This document shows positions 18,468 to 25,178 of a DNA stretch of 37,632 nt, one piece after another. Under the pieces are notes generated by a model, which was not told the DNA's origin, searched no databases, and saw nothing but the letters and a program-made list of their open reading frames with translations. Each line of letters opens with the position of its first letter. The first letter of the stretch is position 1. A program made the translations under genes and the position numbers. The stretch is from a virus (Duplodnaviria > Caudoviricetes): IMG/VR virus record IMGVR_UViG_3300020043_002248, positions 1 through 37,632 of that record; one strand, 5' to 3'.

Positions 18468-19202
18468 TTATTTAATGCTTGGCTCAAAACCAGTGCCAAA
18501 TAATAGATTTTGTAAAGATTCGATAGTAGTTGGTTGACGAGGTACTTGAGGTGTAGCTGGAGGCAAATCACGGGCGTCTAAACGATCCAAACGAAGACCT
18601 GTTGAAGCTTTATAGGCTTCCATCATCCGAACATCGTTATTAAAAAGCGCTTTACGTAAAACAGGATCTTTAGTTAAGTCTATGCGCTTAGCTTCTTCAA
18701 ATCCGGATAAGCTTGCAAACAGCTCATTAGTGCTTGTTTTAGCAGCTTTACCCATCAAGTATGAATCATCCCCTGCCCCTAATTCTTTTAATCGTTCACG
18801 AACGGGTTTAGATTGAAGATTCTTACTAAAAGACCAATAAGGGTGGTCAAAGCCTAAAGCTCGTGGATCTTTAATGTTATAAGCTTTATTTAAGTTTTCG
18901 TTCCAAAGATCGTGCATTGTTGTTTTATAACGATCTTCAGCTCGGTTTTGCTGAATGTGTTCTTGCTCATGCGCTAGCACATAAGGAGGCAGAGTAGTGC
19001 CTGTAGTTCCACGATAATTACCTTGAAAATCTATCCGATGTCCAATCTCGTTTAAACCTTTATCCACCCACATTTCACCCGGAATGCTTGCTCCTGTTGT
19101 CGGAGTAAAACGTGTACCGTATAGTGTACCGGCATCCCATGTCCCTTGCTGTTGAGCGTTAGGGGCAATTTTATTAAACTGGTCAAATAAGCCTGTAGCC
19201 AT
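18468..19202 (-). CDS. Hypothetical protein with zincin HExxH motif
   Basis: VLAHEQEHIQQ and a downstream NELFA. Confidence 0.65.
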   Translation of the reverse strand: MATGLFDQFNKIAPNAQQQGTWDAGTLYGTRFTPTTGASIPGEMWVDKGLNEIGHRIDFQGNYRGTTGTTLPPYVLAHEQEHIQQNRAEDRYKTTMHDLWNENLNKAYNIKDPRALGFDHPYWSFSKNLQSKPVRERLKELGAGDDSYLMGKAAKTSTNELFASLSGFEEAKRIDLTKDPVLRKALFNNDVRMMEAYKASTGLRLDRLDARDLPPATPQVPRQPTTIESLQNLLFGTGFEPSIK

Positions 19203-19204
19203 AG

Positions 19205-20470
19205 TTAGTATCCACTTAAAATGTCAATCGGTTCGTATTCATCGTCATCGTAGTCAGTGTTGTAGCTGGTGACAGCTAACTGGTCAATATACGATAAGGA
19301 GTCAATTAAGTCATCATGAACGCCTGCTGTAGGGAACATACAGTACTGGTCAATAAAGTCTTTCCAAGCGGACTTATCCTTGTCATTCAAGGAAATACGT
19401 CCATGCTCAAACCTACCTTGTAAAGACCAAACAACCCTGTCAGTCTTCTTCTTGTTCCCGTGAGTCAGGTCTGTGATGTGTGTGTACACATTGTTTTTCC
19501 TCATCAGGTCATTCAGATAAGGAAGCACAGCATTCTTCAAGGCTCCACGTTCGATACCTACAGCGATAGGCTGGTGTTCACGTACAGCTAAGAGGATCTT
19601 AGAGGCAGTCTCTCGGATGTCCCATCGACCATGAAGGATGTCCTTAACCCACCAGTTACCGTTATCTTCTATCTTAACGATTGAGATAGCTGATTCGTCT
19701 AGTCTCTTCTTAGCAGCCCCTGCTGACTTAGCCACATCCTCAAAGCCAGCTAAGTCGATAGCGATGACGTAGGAGCCATACTGAGGCTCAGGAGAGTACT
19801 TAATCCAACTATCCTTGAAGATCTCCTGTCCAGCGTTATCGAAGCTAGAGAGGTATTCTTGACGGAAAGCAAAGGTACTCAAGGTACGCTCAGCAGCATC
19901 AATTTCCTTAGGATCGATAGTCTCGTTATCCCTAGTGGTAAAGTGCCATGAAGACCATTCCTCATCCTGCTCTTCCTGCCCTAAGTTAAAGACATCGTAG
20001 AACCAGTTACGTCCACTAGGAGTGGAAATGAACATAGCTCTACCTTTTTTATCAGACAGGGAAGCTCGAATGATCTTCTGCCAGACATCCTCTTTAATAA
20101 AGGCACATTCGTCCATGACTACATAGGTGAGTGAAACACCACGTAGAGAGTCAGGATTATCAGCACCTCGAACGAGAATCTTACGTCCATTAACTAATAG
20201 GATCTCAAGGTTATTGATATGGGAAGACTTGATGACAGGTCTGCCTAGCTCATGTAAGAGATCCCAGATAATCGTTCTAGCTTGTCCGAGGGTAGGAGCT
20301 ATGTACATCACAGCTGACCCTTCAGGACAGTTCAGAGCTTCAATGAGCAGGGTCACTGCGGAGAGCCTAGACTTACCACAGCGACGACCTGCTGCAACCA
20401 CTTTAAAGCGCTTGGTAGACTTGAAGACCTCTTGTTGCCACTTCAGTAGCTCAAAGTTCAATGAGGTCAT
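19205..20470 (-). CDS. terL: Terminase large subunit
   Basis: Walker A AGRRCGKS, Walker B VVMDE, coupling motif ISTP, nuclease motifs AIDLA and HDDLID. Confidence 0.95.
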   Translation of the reverse strand: MTSLNFELLKWQQEVFKSTKRFKVVAAGRRCGKSRLSAVTLLIEALNCPEGSAVMYIAPTLGQARTIIWDLLHELGRPVIKSSHINNLEILLVNGRKILVRGADNPDSLRGVSLTYVVMDECAFIKEDVWQKIIRASLSDKKGRAMFISTPSGRNWFYDVFNLGQEEQDEEWSSWHFTTRDNETIDPKEIDAAERTLSTFAFRQEYLSSFDNAGQEIFKDSWIKYSPEPQYGSYVIAIDLAGFEDVAKSAGAAKKRLDESAISIVKIEDNGNWWVKDILHGRWDIRETASKILLAVREHQPIAVGIERGALKNAVLPYLNDLMRKNNVYTHITDLTHGNKKKTDRVVWSLQGRFEHGRISLNDKDKSAWKDFIDQYCMFPTAGVHDDLIDSLSYIDQLAVTSYNTDYDDDEYEPIDILSGY

Positions 20471-20868
20471 TCCTTAGCCTCTACATCCGAGATGTCATAC
20501 GAGACATCATCCTGCTCAATAACAGTACTAGCTTGAGTAAGCCCTGTAATGTTAATGCTAATAGCAGGAGTACCACCGCCTTGTTTAACTTGTTCAAATG
20601 AAGACACAGGTACGATCCTGTCCACGATTAGCTTCCATGCTGCTGACTGAGCCTTATGTTCAGGATCTAAGGCAGCATCGAAGATAGCCTCTAAGACCCT
20701 AGCTGACTTAGGAGAGTTAAGCATCCTAGCTTTGTACTCATCCATGATAGCTTTGTCCCCTGCTGGACGACCACGTAACTCTCTGTTACCTTTTTTCTTT
20801 GCTACGATCTCACCCTTCTTGGGCCTACCTGCTTTACGCTTAGGTGTTACTTCTACTTCGTTAGACAT
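20467..20868 (-). CDS. Putative terminase small subunit
   Basis: Directly upstream of terL with a 4 nt overlap; basic GRP-containing N-terminus. Confidence 0.65.
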   Translation of the reverse strand: MSNEVEVTPKRKAGRPKKGEIVAKKKGNRELRGRPAGDKAIMDEYKARMLNSPKSARVLEAIFDAALDPEHKAQSAAWKLIVDRIVPVSSFEQVKQGGGTPAISINITGLTQASTVIEQDDVSYDISDVEAKE

Positions 20869-21034
20869 GGTTAGCCTTGTAGAAAGCCTTAACGTCAGTA
20901 GACACCCACTGTACGAAAGGTTTAAGGTCTTCAGGATTCAAGACATACCACTTACGGGTAGACATATCCCATTTACCACCTAAAGCTTTAACTTTGTCCT
21001 TATCGTTGTAAGGGACATCAAGATCAATACGCAT
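20861..21034 (-). CDS. DUF5710-like protein (57 aa, not in the ORF track)
   Basis: Translated by hand: MRIDLDVPYNDKDKVKALGGKWDMSTRKWYVLNPEDLKPFVQWVSTDVKAFYKANHV; AAGGAG RBS upstream. Confidence 0.78.
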   Translation of the reverse strand: MRIDLDVPYNDKDKVKALGGKWDMSTRKWYVLNPEDLKPFVQWVSTDVKAFYKANHV

Positions 21035-21159
21035 ACAGTGTTTTCTCCTTGTAGGAACACTTACTTTTATTAAAAATAGACAACAAGCTTCCTCTATAGA
21101 GTAGCTTTAATGGGTAGCTTAATGACTAGCTCTATGGGTAGACAATAAGAATTAAACGT

Positions 21160-21188
21160 AATGTATAACAAATACAGTAAAAAGTCAA
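21160..21188 (-). promoter_or_regulatory. Sigma70-type promoter for the late arm
   Basis: TTGACT-17 nt-TACATT on - strand. Confidence 0.5.
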
Positions 21189-21318
21189 GAAGTATTTACA
21201 TTAAATTAAACAATAAGTGGTATTTACACTACGTTTAACACCTATGTTCTTCATGTCGTCCTAGGAACTCTAGAGTCTCTACTTACTGTCTTGTTTTACT
21301 TGTTCCCGCATAAGGTTG

Positions 21319-21347
21319 AGCGTATCATATAAAATCTTAAAAGTCAA
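21319..21347 (-). promoter_or_regulatory. Sigma70-type promoter for the late arm
   Basis: TTGACT-17 nt-TACGCT with an extended TGn on - strand. Confidence 0.5.
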
Positions 21348-21386
21348 GTCTTTTTAGTCTATTTTGTCTATTTATTTTCTTCCTAT

Positions 21387-21490
21387 CTTCATAGACCTCT
21401 ACGACACTGCGTGTCTATGTGTCCTTACTTCATAGACCTCTTGTGTCCACTTCATAGTGCTCATGAGGTCTATGACAGGCTCCTGTGTCC
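21387..21490. repeat. Cluster of short direct and inverted repeats
   Basis: CTTCATAGACCTCT at 21387 and 21428, partial copy at 21450, inverted GAGGTCTATGA at 21465; TGTGTCC at 21418, 21442 and 21484. Confidence 0.8.
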
Positions 21491-21694
21491 AGATTAGGCC
21501 TACATTAGTGTTGTATTTACACCACAGATCTTTAAAGTCTCTATGTCTTTGATTTACTTGGTCTTTTTAGTTACTTTGATATGCTTTCTTCCATGCTCTT
21601 TTTTGTATATTTAGGAAGGTTCAGCAAAAGTAAACACAAGAGCTCTCCCCCTCCCCCCTATCAAGATACACTAATGACTCATCAGTCAGTAAGG

Positions 21695-21725
21695 TTATCC
21701 ACAGGATCTCCACAGTCTATCTACA
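21695..21725 (+). promoter_or_regulatory. DnaA box plus two degenerate boxes
   Basis: TTATCCACA (21695), ATCTCCACA (21706), CTATCTACA (21717); 11 bp period. Confidence 0.6.
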
Positions 21726-21728
21726 ATG

Positions 21729-21765
21729 TGCTTAAATAATAGGCAATATGCTTAAAAAGTAAGCA
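21729..21765. promoter_or_regulatory. Tandem Fis-type palindromes
   Basis: TGCTTAAATAATAGGCA and TGCTTAAAAAGTAAGCA, 20 bp apart; both fit GNNYA-N5-TRNNC. Confidence 0.55.
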
Positions 21766-21849
21766 GTGTAGGGCATTGTAGCACGCTATAACGTAACCTA
21801 TTAAGCACCACTACAGACACCAAACAATGCAACTATCAACGTATTGCAG

Positions 21850-21865
21850 AGCAATAACTATGCCA
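21850..21865 (-). promoter_or_regulatory. Sigma54 (-24/-12) promoter motif, leftward
   Basis: - strand TGGCATA-GTTA-TTGCT. Confidence 0.55.
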
Positions 21866-21871
21866 ACTCAA

Positions 21872-21929
21872 TGCACTATCAAGGTGCAATAATGCACCAT
21901 AGCAGGGAATCATGCACTATCAAGAGGCG
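21872..21929. promoter_or_regulatory. Three tandem NtrC-type enhancer boxes
   Basis: TGCACTATCAAGGTGCA (21872), TGCACCATAGCAGGGAA (21893), TGCACTATCAAGAGGCG (21913) versus consensus TGCACC-N5-GGTGCA. Confidence 0.6.
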
Positions 21930-22016
21930 TTGTGTACATACAACAGTGACTAAGTAAGTATTATATTTAAGGCTTATAAGATTACAATGTAAACTACAGT
22001 ACTACAAAACATAGAC

Positions 22017-22032
22017 TGGCACGGTGTTTGCT
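22017..22032 (+). promoter_or_regulatory. Sigma54 (-24/-12) promoter, rightward, upstream of the first early gene
   Basis: TGGCACG-GTGT-TTGCT, an exact match to TGGCACG-N4-TTGCW. Confidence 0.72.
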
Positions 22033-22086
22033 AAGTAATATCCGTCAAACGACAAACAACACTCACCAAGTATCGGAGCACTCACA

Positions 22087-22287
22087 ATGTCACACACATT
22101 AGACACAAACGTAAACGTCATCAAGGCACGCACAATGCTAGGCACTGTATCAGGCATCACGAGTGTAGATTCAGGCTTACTGTTAGATGATGATGGATTC
22201 TGTACATTACTCACGAAGCTGTCGCACAGTGTATCAGTTAGCGAGGGCGTGGAAGCTCTTACAGAATACGTGAACAACAACTACTGA
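22087..22287 (+). CDS. Early hypothetical protein
   Basis: GGAG RBS; first ORF after the sigma54 motif. Confidence 0.65.
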   Translation: MSHTLDTNVNVIKARTMLGTVSGITSVDSGLLLDDDGFCTLLTKLSHSVSVSEGVEALTEYVNNNY

Positions 22288-22311
22288 TCTAAACAGTAAG
22301 GAAACAATACT

Positions 22312-22491
22312 ATGTCTACACTTTATAATGTAGCAGTCAAATACAATGACGGCTCAGTCTCTTATCTATTCTACCGTAACCGTATTAATTGGACATTACG
22401 AACAGCACGTAAGCACGCTAAAGACTGCACAGCTAAGATCGTATCGGGTCAATGGCCTAATGTTAAGTATGTCGCTGTCGTTCTCGCTTAA
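22312..22491 (+). CDS. Early hypothetical protein (59 aa, not in the ORF track)
   Basis: TAAGGA RBS; MSTLYNVAVKYNDGSVSYLFYRNRINWTLRTARKHAKDCTAKIVSGQWPNVKYVAVVLA. Confidence 0.7.
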   Translation: MSTLYNVAVKYNDGSVSYLFYRNRINWTLRTARKHAKDCTAKIVSGQWPNVKYVAVVLA

Positions 22492-22517
22492 TCAATCTAA
22501 ACACAAGGGTAAACACT

Positions 22518-22592
22518 ATGTCTACATTCACTGATCGCATTCTATACTGTCTCTATGCCGTCGTCATTCTAGTTGTTTGGATGACACTCTAA
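22518..22592 (+). CDS. Small single-TM peptide (24 aa)
   Basis: AAGGGT RBS; MSTFTDRILYCLYAVVILVVWMTL. Confidence 0.55.
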   Translation: MSTFTDRILYCLYAVVILVVWMTL

Positions 22593-22637
22593 CAGTCTAA
22601 CTTATAGAGGCTCTTAACGGGGCTTCTATGGGGTACA

Positions 22638-22724
22638 CTGTACCGTCTAATCAACTCACTCACTCAAACTGTCCTATACTGGCTATACGCTATCGCTATC
22701 GTGGTAGTGTGGCTTACTCTGTAA
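22638..22724 (+). pseudogene. Paralog of the 24 aa TM peptide lacking a canonical start
   Basis: Frame reads ...TVLYWLYAIAIVVVWLTL-stop; only a CTG at 22638 upstream of the shared segment. Confidence 0.4.
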
Positions 22725-22763
22725 CTCTCTCTCTAAACTCAACTATTCAAGGATCGAATCATC

Positions 22764-23102
22764 ATGGATATCATTCAAACAATCGACACAGCTTCTCAAT
22801 TCCGTGACCAGTTTCACCGCTACGGTAGAGGGGATCAATTCTCATATGAGGCTCTTGGTTTACTCTTTGACTACCTCTCTGACTGTGGCTCTGATGTAGA
22901 GCTTGATGTAGTGGGTATCTGCTGTGAATTTGCAGAAGATAGTGTATCAACCATCATCGACAATTACTCGATTGATGTATCAAGCTTAGGCGATGACCCT
23001 GCTGTATCAGAACTTTGTGATTATGTTACAGAATGGTTATCAAATAACACTACAGTAGTGGGTAGTCCTAACGACTGTACTATTGTCTACGTTCAATTCT
23101 AA
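22764..23102 (+). CDS. Acidic early hypothetical protein
   Basis: AAGGA RBS; 112 aa, D/E-rich. Confidence 0.75.
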   Translation: MDIIQTIDTASQFRDQFHRYGRGDQFSYEALGLLFDYLSDCGSDVELDVVGICCEFAEDSVSTIIDNYSIDVSSLGDDPAVSELCDYVTEWLSNNTTVVGSPNDCTIVYVQF

Positions 23103-23111
23103 GAGGCTATC

Positions 23112-23396
23112 ATGCTAAACAATAACGACTTTATCAGCCTTGAACGCCGTCTATGGCGTGAAGGTAACCCATTGACCGATGAACTTTGCAGTACACGTGA
23201 TGAACTGCTATATCTATTGTCTGAGGCTAAGAAGGTAATGGAAAAGTACTCACCTGTGCTCAGTACGTTAGCGTCTAGTGACGATCTAGATTTCTACCGT
23301 GAATGGGATGAGTTCGGAGATACTTTGGACAATATTAGCTATGATCTAGGGGTTGATTCTGAAACACAATATAAACTACATGAGGTGACACGATGA
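23112..23396 (+). CDS. Early hypothetical protein
   Basis: GAGG RBS; 94 aa. Confidence 0.7.
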   Translation: MLNNNDFISLERRLWREGNPLTDELCSTRDELLYLLSEAKKVMEKYSPVLSTLASSDDLDFYREWDEFGDTLDNISYDLGVDSETQYKLHEVTR

Positions 23397-23563
23397 AAAC
23401 TTACAAGGTATATGCAGAGTATGTCTGCTATCTTGAGCATATTGTATTAGCTGAATCCGAAGATGAAGCATGGAAGATAGCTAATGACATGGATGGGGGC
23501 TCTTTTAAGCAGGTAGCCACTGATGATTGGTCAATCACTGATGTAGAGGAGATTAAACAATGA
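23393..23563 (+). CDS. Hypothetical protein, DpnD/PcfM-like (56 aa, not in the ORF track)
   Basis: GAGGTG RBS and ATGA overlap; MKTYKV...VLAESEDEAW. Confidence 0.65.
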   Translation: MKTYKVYAEYVCYLEHIVLAESEDEAWKIANDMDGGSFKQVATDDWSITDVEEIKQ

Positions 23564-23619
23564 CCATAATATTTGTCTGCTACTTTGTTGATCTAATCAT
23601 TGAAGGGATTGTTGTATGA
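23560..23619 (+). CDS. Hydrophobic micropeptide (19 aa)
   Basis: GGAG RBS; ATGA overlaps at both ends; MTIIFVCYFVDLIIEGIVV. Confidence 0.45.
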   Translation: MTIIFVCYFVDLIIEGIVV

Positions 23620-23741
23620 AAACAACACCCGTATCTAATTGGCCATTCCCTGCTGAATGTCCGCCTAAGCCGTGGACACCTGAGCAAGTAGAGGAATACA
23701 ATAAACAACAACGAGATAAGACACCTGAAGCACCCATGTGA
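23616..23741 (+). CDS. Proline-rich hypothetical protein (41 aa)
   Basis: MKTTPVSNWPFPAECPPKPWTPEQVEEYNKQQRDKTPEAPM; ATGA overlap. Confidence 0.55.
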   Translation: MKTTPVSNWPFPAECPPKPWTPEQVEEYNKQQRDKTPEAPM

Positions 23742-23821
23742 GGCTTTTAAGGGGTCTAGTTGTAAGTTTCGTGTAAGGTTCATATGCTAAAGTGTTACTC
23801 TTATCTTTATAGGGGTTACTT

Positions 23822-24322
23822 ATGGCTACGAATAAACACAGACAGGAATTAATCAAAATGCACCATCACAAATACACTCGACACTACACCACAGAGGGCT
23901 ATTACTGCTTCTATTGTGGCGATCCTGCCGAAGGATTAGACCATGTACCGCCAATTAGCATGATTGACGCTATGCCTTACAAGAAGCGAAAACAGGACAG
24001 GATTCCTGCCGTAACTGTAGCTTGCTGTAAGGAATGTAATGGAGCTTTGTCTAGCCGTAGGCTTCCAACTGTGGATGATCGCTTGATGTTTCTTGAATCC
24101 TACTATGACGCTAAGTTTAAAAAACAAAACGCCATGTGGACAGAAGAAGAAATTCAAGAACTAGGACACTCGCTACAAAAGAGCGTTCGAGCACGTCAAG
24201 AACAACTACAAAGATTCATACATAAAATCCGAGCAATTCAACGCCGACACATCATGGTTGAGACACATCCAACCTTTGACGTTAATCCAGAAGAGGAAGA
24301 ACAGCTCCAAAGTACCGTTTAA
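23822..24322 (+). CDS. HNH endonuclease
   Basis: CFYCG...LDHVPP...ACCKECN. Confidence 0.82.
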   Translation: MATNKHRQELIKMHHHKYTRHYTTEGYYCFYCGDPAEGLDHVPPISMIDAMPYKKRKQDRIPAVTVACCKECNGALSSRRLPTVDDRLMFLESYYDAKFKKQNAMWTEEEIQELGHSLQKSVRARQEQLQRFIHKIRAIQRRHIMVETHPTFDVNPEEEEQLQSTV

Positions 24323-24402
24323 AACGATTTAAACCCACCTAGAAGCGATTTTCTACCTTGATACCAACTCCGCGACACTCTAACCACTGAAAGGCCCTTA
24401 AA

Positions 24403-24675
24403 ATGCATTGCGTTAACTGCGACCGTTTGCTAAGCGATTTCGAAGCAACCCGTAAACACGCTGTTACATTTAAGTTCTTAGACTTATGTAAAGTTTGTTT
24501 TGAAGATGTTAAGACATTGATACCAACCATTGACAGGCGGGAATTGATGACTGAACAGGACTTTGATACCGAACCAGAAGACGATCTGGACACAGAGGTT
24601 TCCCTAGAAGACTTGGACATACATTATAGCTATCATGATACTCATGAGAACTATGGAGATGACTATGCAAGTTAA
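24403..24675 (+). CDS. Zinc-finger protein with acidic tail
   Basis: CVNC...DLCKVC followed by a D/E-rich C-terminus. Confidence 0.7.
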   Translation: MHCVNCDRLLSDFEATRKHAVTFKFLDLCKVCFEDVKTLIPTIDRRELMTEQDFDTEPEDDLDTEVSLEDLDIHYSYHDTHENYGDDYAS

Positions 24676-24751
24676 CTTCTATGTAAATACACTATTAATA
24701 TACTACTTAAGAAGAATACTAAGTAGTCTTTAAAGTAAAGAGGGGGATAAC

Positions 24752-24922
24752 ATGAAAGATTTTATGTCTGAAAATGAAAAAGAAGTTAGAGAGTTGTCTC
24801 TAATGATGGAAGAAGCTCATTATGTCCATACAATGAATGCTTTTGTTGAATTGATTGTCGTTTATGGATGGGATAAAGTAACGTCTGATCTTAGGACAGC
24901 AATGGGAGAAAAGAAATGGTAA
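24752..24922 (+). CDS. Hypothetical protein (56 aa, not in the ORF track)
   Basis: GAGGGGG RBS; MKDFMSENEKEVRELSLMMEEAHYVHTMNAFVELIVVYGWDKV... Confidence 0.65.
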   Translation: MKDFMSENEKEVRELSLMMEEAHYVHTMNAFVELIVVYGWDKVTSDLRTAMGEKKW

Positions 24923-24968
24923 TCTCTTTGTTTGTCTTTGTTTTAACTTTGGTAAAGGTGTCCTTAAA

Positions 24969-25178
24969 ATGAGTGGAACTGCAACATTAACGTACGATTT
25001 GTCTAAACCCGAACAAGCCTTTGCACATAAGTGTGCATTGAAGGGTCTTGAAGCGTGTCAGATGCTCGAAAGTCTTAAAGCTGCTACGGCAGGCTACCAA
25101 GCCTATAAAGGACTCTCTGAGAGCGTTCTAGCTGACATCATTCAAGACCTCTCACAATGGGAAGACGTAAAGCTATGA
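24969..25178 (+). CDS. Hypothetical protein
   Basis: AAGGTG RBS; 69 aa. Confidence 0.65.
   Translation: MSGTATLTYDLSKPEQAFAHKCALKGLEACQMLESLKAATAGYQAYKGLSESVLADIIQDLSQWEDVKL

Noticed and set aside
21387-21490. Mini CRISPR array
   Set aside because: Repeats are 14 nt or shorter, spacing is irregular, one copy is inverted, and there are no cas genes
21641-21660. G-quadruplex on the - strand
   Set aside because: Only two long G runs, not enough for a canonical intramolecular quadruplex
22346-22534. Track ORF of 62 aa
   Set aside because: The overlapping frame 22312-22491 has a clear RBS and fits the gene spacing better
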